Assembly (NCBI RefSeq): GCF_006345805.1 | Contig: NC_042998.1 | Span: 188,294,001 to 188,358,000, forward strand | Reading direction: 5' to 3' | Origin: Octopus sinensis | Lineage: Eukaryota | DNA length: 64,000 nucleotides | Shown: positions 26,189 to 39,740 of the stretch, in pieces | Layout: each line of letters opens with the position of its first letter | Numbering within the stretch: the stretch's first letter is position 1 | Notes under the pieces: generated by a model | What the model was told of the DNA's origin: nothing | Seen by the model: only the letters and a program-made list of their open reading frames with translations | Databases searched by the model: none | Program-made: the position numbers and the translations under genes

Positions 26189-26734
26189 TATTTATTTATT
26201 TATTTATATATGCTTCTATGCACATATTTGTGACTGTGTTATAGGTTATATGTAATGTCTGTGGAATCTTGTGGGCAGCATGTTATTTTGTAATACCACA
26301 AATATGCGAGTGAAATCGCAAGTATCATACCAGTTCCCGGTATCTATTCCACTTGGCTGCCTGCCGCAACAACTTCTTTAGCCCACTCTCAATGATTCTG
26401 ACCTAATCGTCCCTTGAATCTCTTTCCTACTCTGACCTATTCATTTGGGGTAATGTTACACTAATTCTATTTCATGATATATTCCAAACGCCCTCGTCGT
26501 TGTTGGTCACTATAAATAAATGTTAAGTGCATGTACCTTTTCAAGTATATTCTTATATTTTTTTGTGTTTGTGTGTGTAGGTGTCTTAGCTCATAGCAAT
26601 GATCGTAGTATGATTCAAATCCTTAGTAGGTTGCATAAATATAATTTGACAAAGAAACTATCAAAATCCCACTCCCAGAGTTCTAAAATTTGCCCTAGCG
26701 CCGTCACACTAACATAATCCCTCTTTCTCTCTCC

Positions 26735-26808
<74 letters not shown>

Positions 26809-27009
26809 CCATATATATTATATGGCAATGGACAATATGTCCAATTTTCGGCATATTTGGCATTAGAAATTTTTTCGTTTGCCCTTATTTATAAGTTGTT
26901 TGTAATTTTAACCTTTAAAGGTATTTTTTAATATGCTGGCCATTGATAAATTTTTTTTTTCGAAAAGATTTTATCCTACATTAAATATATATATATATAT
27001 ATATATAAA

Positions 27010-27291
27010 CTGGTATTCCATCGGTTACGACAACAAATATTCCAGTTGATCTGATCAACGGAACACCCTCCTCGTGAAATGAACGTGCATGTGGCTTAGC
27101 ACTCCACAGACACGTGTACCCATAACGTAGTTCTCAGGGAGATTCAGCATGACACAGAGTGTGACAAGGCTGGACCTTTGAAATACAGATACTGCTCATT
27201 TTTGCCAGCTGAGTGGACTGGAGTAGCGTGAAATAAAGTGTCTTACTTAAGGACACAACGCATCACCGAGAATTGAACTCACGACCTTGCA
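27010..27291 (-). mobile_element. SINE family D (different head, 3' half shared with family C)
   Basis: Minus strand: GAGTTCAATTC B-box, GTGTCCTTAAGTAAGACACTTTA domain, then a C-like tail ending CGTAACCGATGG. Confidence 0.85.
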
Positions 27292-28369
27292 CCTTCACAC
27301 ACGCGCACACGCGCACACGCACACAGTATACATATATGTACGGTGGGCAGACTAGCTACCACGTATGACTAGCTTTTACGCTTCCTTCTGTTTTCCATTC
27401 AAGATGCAATACTTCCTAGTCGTGGCTCACACGATAACAGAGACATACACCAGTACGACAAGACGACTCTCCAGTTATTAGACATTAACACCAAGTCAAC
27501 TAGAGATGCAACGACGCGTGTGATCGGAGCAGTCATTTCTATGGTCTTTCATTGTCTTTATTGTCGTTCATGCATGTGGAACCTCGTTCGCCGCAACCAA
27601 ATATCTACTGTCTGTTGAATCCAAAATGTTGAAGTCTTGCTTTATGGCGAAAAAGAAAAATGCTGCTGGAATAAGATTTTTATTGTGACCAGTTTCGAGC
27701 ATTTGCCCCTATAAATACAAGTTTGATTATACCATACCATCAGTTTTACATTTTCAACATACTATCAAAGTTTATATTAGTTCAAAGGATTCATTAAGAA
27801 TCGAAGTACATCAGTCGCTCATCATAATATATGGCAGACATTTGGGTCAGTTCAACTGCGACATATACGTTTCAATATATAAAAAAGAAACCTCCATTAA
27901 ACCTACTATAGTTTCATTCGTCTGTTATTTCTTATACTTATGCCACAGAAAGGGTTCAAGGAACTGGATAATTGATAAATAATTTGAATTAAAAATTACC
28001 TAACAACAGTATCTATTCGGTATAATTGATACCCATGATAACGGATTATCTTGCAGTCTACCCTGCGTTATTCTATCTAGTCAATTAGTAGAGGTCTTAC
28101 ACGTTGATGTACCTCGATTCTTAATGAATCCTTTGAACTAATATAAACTACAAATTTCATACTTAACGACCTAATATATTTGTATCCTAATTTTAAAACT
28201 CCTCTGGCTGAAATTAGTAGGTTGAAATGTTGCGGTTGACTAAGTTTAAATAATACCTAATGGGAATAGAGATTTATGCAATATGATATAATCTGCTATG
28301 ATTACTTTAAATTTGTTTCTCCGAAAACAATTGTGAATAAAATTCCCCGTTCACACAATCACGTTCTTT

Positions 28370-28600
28370 TATTTTTTTACTTGTTGTAATCATTTGACTG
28401 CGGACATGCTGGAGCACCACTTTGAAGGGTTCTAGTCGAAGAAATCGACCCCCGGACTTATAACTAGTACTTATTCTATCGGTGTCTTTTGTCGACCCGC
28501 TATGTTACGGGGACATAAGCACACCAATACCGGTCGTCAAAAGGAGATGGGGTAACGAAAGACAAACACACAGAAACACATGCACACATATACGACGGGC
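28370..28600 (-). mobile_element. SINE family B, 3' fragment
   Basis: tcatttgactgcgg.catgctggagcacc...tacgacgggc. Confidence 0.8.
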
Positions 28601-28849
28601 TGAATTCAATTCGTCCCCAGTCGAAAGACGCCTGTTGTTATGTCCTGTTATTATTACTATTATTGTTTTTTATTGTATTTTTGTATTTATATTCGTGTAA
28701 CATCGTCTGTTGTTCCGTCCTTCTTTCGTATACATTCGATGCTTTTTTCCCAGGAATCTAATGCTCTTTGCTTAGTTTTTCTTTGGGGCTGGCCAGATTG
28801 GAGCAATCTCAAGATTAATCAGCCGAAATTGCGATGATGAACCGGTTTA

Positions 28850-29022
28850 GAGAGTTATAGCCAAAAAATAGCAAAAAAATGGGGAAAAAATGATGGCAAA
28901 TTTTTTTTGAGAGTTAAAAAGGTCGAGTTGCGTCCCCTAGACAGTCTGTGGTTTGTGTTTCTGATTCTCGACCCCATGTCGAATGTATCGATTTTTTTCA
29001 GAACTGGGGGAACTTTTCAAAA
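28850..29022 (-). repeat. Inverted copy of the internal part of the Helitron, embedded in a different repeat
   Basis: Reverse complement of ~24945-25115 at high identity; flanks are unrelated to the Helitron termini. Confidence 0.9.
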
Positions 29023-29141
29023 TTTTCGCTTCGAATGACCCGTCCGCGTTTTTTTGTATCATCTATCTGGATGATTTGTTGTCCCTTTTTGCATCGCCTA
29101 GTTGTCCGGATGTTTTGCGTTTTTGTCCCATTTTGTATTTT

Positions 29142-29197
<56 letters not shown>

Positions 29198-29558
29198 ACA
29201 TATAAATATATACATGCATACATGCACACATGTACAGTTAAGTGAGAGAGTGAATATGCATCACCTATTGATACTAAGTTGTAAGCGCAATAATCGGTGT
29301 TATAGGATATTCATACTTTACCATTAGCGTTTAAATAGCTAAATATCTATATTTAAGTACGTAAATCTCTCTTAGGAATTGTAATACTAGTAAATATATA
29401 TGAAAGCTTCAGTATTATTCAAGAAAAATCCAAAGTATTTAACCTTTCTTATGAACCACATCAACATCTATGTGTTGGAACACCATCTGCAATACTTTAA
29501 ATGTATGTATGTATGCATGTATATGTGTGTATGCATGTATGTATTATGTATGTGTGGT

Positions 29559-29642
<84 letters not shown>

Positions 29643-29761
29643 CGCCAGCTGAAACATTTCTTTTACACTAAGGCATTTAAAGATCGTTCAACTACTCACA
29701 CGGTCACACACAAACGCACACATACACACACAATTATATTGGGTAGAGAGATATTGCTATT

Positions 29762-29833
<72 letters not shown>

Positions 29834-30207
29834 TTACTACTTAGTGACAGTAAATAACACAATTTTGATAAATTTTGAAATCTCAACCAATTTTGAAATC
29901 AAGTCAAACAAACAAGCTATCGGATGATGGCTCAACATCAATCCTTAGTTTTACCGCGACATAGGTTCATTGTAAAGTAGTTTGATGAGAAGCGAAGAAC
30001 GGGGAGAGTAATTTATTTTTACCAGCCCGAGGCATGTTATTCAAACTGGAGTTCATGTTTTCATTTGATTCAACCAGTATATCACTTAATATATTGTCGT
30101 GTAACACAAAATTGTGTCATTGCATTTCATTTCGGATAAACGAAACGAGGAACAACGAAATTAGAAATAATTTTCTCTTATTTACATAATCATTTGCGTA
30201 GATGAAT

Positions 30208-30432
30208 CTCTCTTTACTCTCTTTTACTTGTTTCAGTCATTTGACTGTGGCCATGCTGGAGCACCACCTTTAGTCGAGCAGATCGACCCCAGGACTTATT
30301 CTTTGGAAGCCTAGTACTTATTCTGTCGGTTCTTTTGCCGAACCGCTAAGTTACAGGGACGTAAACACACCAGCATCGGTTGTCAAGCGATGATGGGAGG
30401 ACAAACGCAGACACACAAACACACACATACAA

Positions 30433-30479
<47 letters not shown>

Positions 30480-30644
30480 TACGACGGGCTTCTTTTAGTT
30501 TCCGTCTACCAAATCCACTCACAAGGCTTTGGTCGGCCCGAGGCTATAGTAGAAGACACTTGCCCAAGATGTCACGCAGTGGGACTGAACCCGGGACCGT
30601 GTGGTTGGTAAACAAGCTACTTATCACGCAGCCACTCCTACGCC
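30208..30644 (-). mobile_element. SINE family B, full length
   Basis: Head ...gccactcctacgcc to tail ctctttactctcttttac. Confidence 0.93.
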
Positions 30645-31082
30645 TATTCATAATTTATTACAATAGATCGCCTAATCTTTCAGAAGCAGTAAAATATGAA
30701 GCTGTGATGTTTATGTTTTTCTAGAAATGCATTAGTTATGAATGTGAAACTAGCCAAGGAAGAATCAAAATCAAACTGCCGGCTCAGTTCTCCCGGTAAA
30801 TGTCATTATCTGAAAAGCGTCCACTACTCGTTTGTTATTCCTGATTACGTAATAGCATAGGCGGATGTAAACTGGTGGCTAGCCGTGGCATGAGTCAGTT
30901 TCACTTATGCTTTAGATAAGGCTATCTTCCGATATATGCTAAAGATCAATTTCCATATATCAAAGGACAAGATAGTCAGCTGTAATTTTAAAACATTCTT
31001 AATCCCCAACATGCACATATGCTGATACATATTTATATAGATATAAAAACACAACCTCTCCCTTCTCTTTAATCTTCAGGAG

Positions 31083-31113
<31 letters not shown>

Positions 31114-32473
31114 GGGGAAAAAGAAGCGCAGAAACAATTAGATAAATATAAACATTTACGAAAGTAGTGGGTGTCAATTGGATTTTCCTTTACTTGTTTA
31201 CGTAACATTTTGTGCGTGCATGCATTTCTATATATAGTTAGGTTTCCGCAAAAGATTAATTATGTTATTTTTTCCCCATAATTCTTGGTGTGTGTTTCTG
31301 TTTGGCGCTGATGTCTTTCACGTTTTTATCGTAAATTCTTTATGGTGTAAAATGCAGATTGCAGAGAAATCTCAAGAGACGCCAATAATGTATTGCTATC
31401 GTACATTGAGATGGAACGAGAGCAATTTAATTGCAGTAAAAAGTGAAAATCAAGCCAATACTATGTAAATGTTAAAACCCGTTAGGCTATAGTTTTATTT
31501 TATTCATATTTCATCACAACTCAAAAGATGGTAAATTATACGTAACGTAACATTTCCAAAGTCATTGTAGGAGCAAGGTGGTAGGATTAGATGAATTACA
31601 AAAGGTGAAAGCAAATTATTAAATCTGTCCAGATAGATTTATAAATCATATATTCTTTCAACACTTCAACATACAAATAAAAATATACACACACATACAC
31701 ACAAAAATACATACACACAGACACGTATGTATGGATATGTGTGTGTATATATTATATATTCTTACGAACATACACATATTGGACGTGTGTGTATGAGAAA
31801 ATTTACAAAGAATTAATTTATAAAGGATTAGTGGTAGACTAAAGCAATTACGTTCTCACATTCTCAATTTCTAGTTATCCGTGGCCTTGCAGGTCTACTG
31901 GTAAACTGGTTGCAAATCCTAGATGCATATCCTAGATGCGGGCGCAATGAAACCGTTCTGCATTCGTCCAATTCTCGAGGATTGCTGGCTTGTGGGGTAA
32001 TGTTGAACATCTGCTATCAGGTATAGGACGAATTCTGCTTGTAATGGAGTCCATTGTAAAAATTGTCCCGCCAGACTGGCCAAGAAAGACAAGTAGTTTT
32101 TATCTCTCTGGTAGCTTTGGTGAAGATTGATGTGTGGTGGACGAGATTGAAGGGATTGAAGACAGACAGCACTTTTTTTTGGCCAATCTGCATTTATTTT
32201 AAAAAAAATTCTAACTTCTAAGAGAAAATGAAGACGGAGAGGGAGGTACTGATCCCAGTAAATTTGTTGAAAGGTGAATGAGTGTTAGGTCGTTAATAAC
32301 GACCTATTTACATCTTTAACGATTCTTCTTCTTTCCTGTTACACACACAGACACACAGACACACAGACACACACGTTACCCACAAACACATTGTATATTT
32401 TACGGTGGATGGTAGATAAGATGACCGAATCGTATACTTGTGGTATCTGTTCCACACTTTGCATCATACTTCA

Positions 32474-33918
32474 TTTATATCCTGGTGTTGGATAATTAAT
32501 TTGACGAAGCAGGGAAAACAAAATATTCACAGGACACGCTACGATTACTGTTTCACGAGGTTAAAAGGCTCTTTGCAACGGCTCACAGTGAACTACTTCT
32601 TCTGAACTGTTGACAGTTCTTTATTTTATAGCAATGCGTCAGTTCACTTTTAGTCACTTGGGGGTGTCGGAATCCTTGCACAACATCTCCCCTTTTTGGA
32701 ATTAATCTCCCCTTCTCCCCTTTTGAGAATCAAACTCCGCTCAAAGTTTTAATATCTCTTACGCTTAGGGTTAAATTGTTTCCGTTCTTTTCTGTTTTCT
32801 GGTGCTAGAACTTGTAGTTTCAAATTGCTTGGGTGTTGATACCTCAAACGTGTCGGACAATATTTCTATGGGGATTTCATTCCTCGTAGCTGTTTTTTCC
32901 GTGAATCTTTTTTTTTTTAAAGTTGGTTAATATGTCTTTGATGTTCGACATTTTTCCCTTTTACCAGGAATAACAGTCTTCTAATTTGTTTAATAATCAC
33001 ACCATCCTCCCAGTTTTCTTTACCATATCTATAGGTTTAAAAAAAAAACTTTGTCACCTAACTTGAAGAATTTTGAAATATTTTTGCTGTTCGTCTTTTA
33101 TTTATTTTCACACTGTATCAACCTATCAAAAACGGATCTGATCTTTCTAGCAAACATCAATTCTGCAAGTGACATTCCAGACGGGGTATTCGGATTAGGT
33201 GTTGCTCAGTACACTCTTAGAAATTGTTGAAGTGCAAGGTCCTCCATTACTTTATTGTTTGCTTTTTTAAGGCCTTGAAAGTGTCAACAAAACGTTCCGC
33301 TTGTCTATTTCACCTACGGCAAATGATATAGCAGAGTGGTCACATGTTTGATAGCGAACATTTTACAAAATTCTCTCAACTCGTCTGAAGTAAACTGAGT
33401 TCCATTATCAAATAAAATGGCATCAGGAATCCTATATCTGGCGAACAATTTGTGTAAAAAACTTACTGTGACCGCAGATGTCGGCTTTTTACACTTATGC
33501 TCTTCAGGTCACTTTGAAAAACTGTCCACCAAAACAAGGTAATATGAAGCCTTAAGTAGACTTGCGTAATGATCATGCAGCCTGGACCAGAGAAGATCTG
33601 TTTTTGGCTACGGCTGCCAATTAATGGTAGGTGCTTTTGTAGCTAAGGCACAACCTCTGCATACTTTCACTAGTTCGTCAATGCCAAGGCTCATTGTTGG
33701 CCAATATACATAACTTCTCATTAACAATCTCGTCGTCGTCGCCACTTTTATATCGTGGCGTTGGATAACTAATTTAACGAAACAGGGGGAAAGAAAGTAT
33801 TCTCACGACGCACTACAATTACTGTTACACGAAGTTAAACGCTCACTGCCTACGGCTCACAGTGAACTGCTTCTTCTTCTTTTAGTCACTTGGGGGTGGT
33901 CGGAATTCTTCCACTATA
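32474..33918 (-). mobile_element. Internally deleted Gypsy LTR retrotransposon (LTR-PBS-integrase-PPT-LTR)
   Basis: Direct repeats 33747-33918 and 32474-32685; PBS TGGCGACGA (33736-33744); PPT AAAAAGGGGAGA (32686-32697); 5-bp TSD CTTCA (32469, 33919). Degenerate integrase: YVYWP...CRGC...LVDSFSK...DNGTQFTS. Confidence 0.88.
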
Positions 33919-34080
33919 CTTCAAATCATGTCATAATCCACCACTCTGTTTAATGTCATTTAGCACGTTCGACACCATTAGAACAGTGTTTACTCTGTAG
34001 CATGCATTCAAGTATTCAAGTCAGATCTCCGGTGTGATGAAATTTTCCTGTCTTTCATTTCCACTAACCACCTGGCGAAT

Positions 34081-34148
<68 letters not shown>

Positions 34149-34383
34149 CATAAACTTATTAGCAACGATGTGCCTCGAAACGAATTCATCTGTAAATACT
34201 GGCTAATAATTACATTTTTTTCCAAGTTGTCACCACTCCCTTGGCGAAGAAATTGTTTACGGGCATGGCTCACGCATCTTCGGTAATAAGTATATACATT
34301 TTCTCGCTGTAAGATTGAAATAGTGTTTATCCAAGTGGGCGCTTAGGACAAAAGAGAGGGTGGGGAAGGAAAGAATAGATACA

Positions 34384-34459
<76 letters not shown>

Positions 34460-35023
34460 AACACAAACACACACACACACTATTTCAGATTCCGATTACA
34501 TTCACCTGGCTGTTGAGAGATAGGTGTGAGCACTGATTTATGAGAAATATATGCTCGATCAAACTAAACCCGACCTTATTTACATGCTAGTGTAAATTGG
34601 CCATACATCTATGTTAAATGGAACACTAACGCAGCATATATAAGATTATATTTGTAAACAGCGTTACAATAATGGGATTAAACCTGTAATACAATATTGC
34701 ACTAATATACTTAAGAAACTTATTTTTAGCACGTCTTTGAAAATAGACACTGTTTAAATCGTATGGCTTCTAGTAGCCAAAGTCGCCTAATTGATTAGTT
34801 TCAGCTTTTTTTTAAACCTACTACATTGATTCAGAAGTAATGCCCACTACCATTTCTCAGCGGCCAGGAAAAAGTCTTCGAATCCTGAGGAATGCTTTAA
34901 CGAGAGCAGCACCAACTCGGTTAGTGAACGTGATAATTTACCCTGGCTAGTCAAACAGCAGGTGCATTTTCAGAGCGATTCTAAATATGTTGTTAAACAT
35001 ATGATAAAAACTTTGATAGATTA

Positions 35024-35025
<2 letters not shown>

Positions 35026-35054
<29 letters not shown>

Positions 35055-35345
35055 TGTATGTATGTATGTATGTATGTATGTATGTATGTATGTATGTATG
35101 TATGTATGTATGTATGTATGTATGTATGTATATATGTATGTATGTATGTGTGTATGTATGTATGTATGTATGTATGTATGTATGTATGTATGTATGTGTG
35201 TATGTATGTATGTATGTATGTGTGTGTGTATGTATGTGCGTGTGTATGTATGTATGTATGTATGTATGTATGTATGTATGTATGTATGTATGTATGTGTG
35301 TGTGTGTATGTAATGTATGTATATATGTATGTATGTATGTATGTA
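35026..35345. repeat. (TATG)n array
   Basis: Directly visible. Confidence 0.97.
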
Positions 35346-35354
35346 TAAATACAA

Positions 35355-35655
35355 CTGGCACTCCATCGGTTACGAAGAGGAGCGTCCCAGTTGATCTGAT
35401 CAACGGAACAGCCTGATCGTGAAATTAACATACAAGTGGCTGAGCACTCCACAGACACGCGGACTCTTAACGTAGTTCTGAGGGAGATTCAGCGTGACAC
35501 AGAATGTGACAAAGCTGCCCTTTACATATACAACTCATTTTTGCCAGCTGAGTGAATTGGAGCAACGTGAAATAAAGTGTCTTGCTCAAGGATACAACAC
35601 GCACCGCTTGGAATTGAACTTATGATCTTACCCTCGTGAACCAAATACCCTAACG
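35355..35655 (-). mobile_element. SINE family D, second copy
   Basis: Matches 27010-27291 (cactcc.tcggttacg...ataaagtgtcttgctcaagga). Confidence 0.85.
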
Positions 35656-35718
35656 ACTAATCCAGTACCTTTACATGTATGTATGTATGTATGTATGTAT
35701 GTATGTATGTATGTATGT

Positions 35719-35900
35719 AGGGAGAGTTTACGAAAAAAACAAAACAAAAGACGAAGACAGGTGGTGTACAAAACAAACAGATGTATTAGTATAACGCTCA
35801 GGAATAGAAAAAAGTCTTTTACGTTTCGAGCCTACGCTCTTCTACAGAAAGGGACACAGAAAAACAAGGAGAGAGAAAATGTGTGTAGTGACTAACGATA
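35719..35900 (-). mobile_element. Penelope-like pseudo-LTR-type repeat containing a hammerhead-like fold
   Basis: Related copy on + at 62430-62610; contains the fold at 35816-35851. Confidence 0.55.
35816..35851 (-). ncRNA. Minimal type I hammerhead-like motif, A6U core variant
   Basis: Minus strand: CUUU-CUGUAGA-A-GAGC GUAG GCUC-GAA-ACGU-A-AAAG. All three stems are present, stem III is the palindrome ACGU and the triplet is GUA, but the core is CUGUAGA rather than CUGANGA. Confidence 0.55.
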
Positions 35901-36059
35901 TATCAAGGCGTTTGATTCGGAGAGAAGGGTCACACACGAGAAGGAAAGTAGGGGAGATAACAAAGTAAAGATGACCCCCAACACGAAGGTGCGTGTGTAT
36001 GTATGTGTGTATGTATGTATTGTTGGCAGGGTCATGTGGATAGAATCCTCAGGCATTTA

Positions 36060-37320
36060 CTCCATAGGGTCCTATCATTAGTCACTGTTATTACACTTTC
36101 CGGCTGAATTCCCAAGCATGACCAACTGAGATCTCATTCTTAGTCTACCTTTGAGTCGCCTGCCGCTTAGTTTGGCTTGAAGATTCCGTCTTTCGATTCT
36201 GATCACATGTCTGAAGAGAAGTAGCGGTTCGACTTAGAGACTCTCACATCTCCAAGCTAGGCAACCACAACGAAATCTTACTTCAGAAATCATTCGGAGA
36301 AACCTCATTTCGACCGCTTGTATTTGTGATTATACTCTTTCGGTCATTACCCAACATTTCGGACAATAGGTGAGAATAGACATTAAAAGCGAATTGATGA
36401 TAGCAAATTTGACTTTTGTTTACCAGCTTCTCTTCTACAGATCGAATGCTGAAGCTTACGCATTACTGCGCCAGAATCTAGCATTCAGTCCAGCCTCCTG
36501 ATTCCCATCACCCGTGGATACTTAAACTTCTCAACCCAATAATAAAAGTTTTCCACTTAACTTTGTACATCCCACTAACACGCAAAATGAACTGGGAAAA
36601 CTTTCTTGAGAGGACCAATGTCTCAAATTTGCAACACTTATTCTCATCCCTGCTTTACGGGCCTGAGAATAAGTGAATTCATTCGTCGTTCGCAAATATC
36701 AGCCGACCGATCATATAACCACTGATTGCGATACTACTTCCACAATGGCTGCGAATGTCAACCCAGTTCATAAAATTATGAAAAGGAGCGGTGACAATAT
36801 GAACCTTTTCCAAAGTTCAGCACCCTCATTGAAAGGTTCCAACTTAACCCTATTTTCATAAACACAAGCATATAAGACTTCACAGCAACCAGAAGTTGTT
36901 CATAAACTTCAAACACTCGCAAAAACAACCACATCATATTTCACGGCATGTGATCATAAGCTTTTTCGAGGTTTACTAATGAAGCAGCCATCCCTTGGCA
37001 ATATTCCTACTACTTCTCAAAGACCTGTCGTAGAGGGAATATTTAGTCGGCTTTTTGTTGCGTCAAGGATGGAATCCACACTTAACTCCAGCATGCTAAG
37101 ACTCGACATTTTCGCTACATCTCTTTTTCGGACACCTTGTGAAGATTTTACTGGGGAGGTTCAATAAGAAAATTACACTATAATTTGAATATTACAATTA
37201 GAACACTCTTTTTTTTCTCCCTTTTTAAAAATTAGGATAGTGACTCCGGTTTGCCATTGCTCTGATGTCTTTCCAGAGGTCTGAGGCACCGCGAATACAT
37301 GGCAGAGAATATTCTCCCTT
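36060..37320 (-). mobile_element. Degenerate RTE-clade LINE reverse transcriptase
   Basis: WQTGVTILIFKKGEKKECSN, LNLPSKIF, NLEKAYDHMP and LSPLLFIIFM-like motifs, with many stops and frameshifts. Confidence 0.85.
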
Positions 37321-37335
37321 CCCCTCCTCCCTCTC

Positions 37336-37367
<32 letters not shown>

Positions 37368-37456
37368 CATACATACATACATACATACGTACGTACGTAC
37401 GTACGTACGTACGTACGTACATACATACATACATACATACATATATAATCCTGTAT

Positions 37457-37487
<31 letters not shown>

Positions 37488-38224
37488 GGTGTACGTATAT
37501 CCATACACCTATAAATATTTTTGCATACGTACACATACACTCACGTGCATATGTATCACATACACCTCCCCGCCACATATATACGCATGTAGACATATGT
37601 ATAACGATTGATTATAGATGTCTTAGATGTATGAAAAGGCTTTCATATACCAGGACAAAGCCACATATATAGAGACGGTCAACCCTCAATATAAGTGGTG
37701 CTTAGTCCAAAATCATATGTAATGGCACGTAAACAACTTGGACCATATTTTCTGATACTTTGGCGATTCTGCCATCAACCACCTTTACTTTTATTCATAC
37801 GTGCATACATAGTAATTATACGCACATTTATATCAGGATTGACTTCCCCATCTTCCACATCCGCAGATACAGAAACATTATCCTCCACAACATTTTCACG
37901 TAAAACTACCATTTAACATATACATTCCAAAATAATTCACACATAGATATAGACACACATATTGTCTAGTCGATATGACTGACACTTTTACTGATTAAAC
38001 GACTCAAGTTTCAAGAAAACAGGAAAAAAACCCCCAGCTAAATAAAGGAAACAAATAACAAAAAAAAAGCAACTGAATAAAGAAACCAAATGACAAAGTA
38101 TCAATGACTTCAGTCACCACCTTGCCAACTCTAACATCAATAACAACAGCAACCACATTGACATTAATAACAACGCCCGAACGAATAATCAGCCTTTGAT
38201 TACAAAAAAGCTAATTCGCTATTC

Positions 38225-38293
<69 letters not shown>

Positions 38294-39389
38294 CTGGCAT
38301 TGGATGAATAGGAGAGGGATATTGAGAGAAGCAGAGGACGTAAGTGAAATAGAAAGAGAGATCAAAGTCAGATAGGTATACTCACTAAAAAAAAAGAGAG
38401 TACGAGAGAGAGATGGGGAGGGGAAAGAAAGAGAGAAGGAAGAAAGACAGAAACGAAGAGAGAGAGGTAGTGAGAAGGAAAGACGTGGATCATTTGTGGC
38501 TCCTTACTGTCTTGTCACCCGGTTGAATTATGACGAGTAACAATAGCTTCGACACAGTTGAGAGCAGCTTTTGTGAAGCAATACATCTATGTATGTACCG
38601 CCTGTCATATTGCTCTGTATGAACTGATCGTTCCAAATCGTCTTTAGCATTGAATTCGCCTCTTATATAATTAATTTTCTCAGCATATACAGATTTCACA
38701 GCATATACAGATTTGTTATTGATACTATACTTGGACAGATTAGAAACAATTATTATGAAATAATTATTATTGATTCTTAGGTACAATATATCAAATTTTG
38801 TAGGGGAAGTGAAATATGATTGTGTGAGATTGTGCGGCGGACATGTTAAATTTTAAATGAGCAATGTTTGACTCAATTCAATCTTCCTGATACTGAAACA
38901 CATGGAGAACAATGCAACTAGTTTGACTAATCAACTGGATTTAAATAAGTGAATAGATTTTTGGAATGACTTGTGCCGCGACCTATGGATTTTCAACAAC
39001 CGACATTGAATATATACATGACAGAAATAGTGTTATTCATAAATGTAAGATTGGTGTTTAAGTTTTCAATCACTGAGAAGGTTTAATATAAGATATCTAA
39101 GGCTGGTTCCTCTACCCTTGGGGTCCTCTTTCTTGTCATTTGATGATGATGAAGATAGAAGTGATATTGGAGGTGATGCTGATAATTCGACAACGAGTGA
39201 AAAACAACAGCAATAATTGTATCAACACTAGTAATAAATGCAACAAAATATACTTAAAGCAGATGGAATAAAGAAAATGATAATTGAAATCACGAAATAC
39301 TTGGCAATACGAGGTCAAACGATAGTTAATGTAGAATGATATATATTTATAAGGAAAAGTGCTTGCTCAAATCTTCATCTTTCATCTTT

Positions 39390-39740
39390 TGTGTGTTTTA
39401 GTCATTAGACTACGGCTATTCTGAGACACCACGTTAAAGAATTTGATGAGTCAAACGAATCACCCTTAGTCATTATTTCTATTTCAATTCTTGGTACTTA
39501 TTCTATCGATCCCTTTTGCCGAGGGCATAGTCATACCAACACCGGTTGTCAAGCAGTGACGGGGTACAAACAGATTCAAATACATACTACGACGGGCGTC
39601 TTTCATTTTCAGTCTAACAAATCCGTTCACAAGGCGTTGGTCGGCCCGCGGCTATGGTTGAAGACACTTGCCCAAGTTGCCATGCAGTGAGACCGGACCT
39701 GGAACCTTGTGGTTGGGAAGAAACCTTCTTGCCATATTGT
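39390..39740 (-). mobile_element. SINE family B, old diverged copy
   Basis: Family B core and head are recognisable; 39533-39688 is almost identical to the inverse of 41997-42152. Confidence 0.85.
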
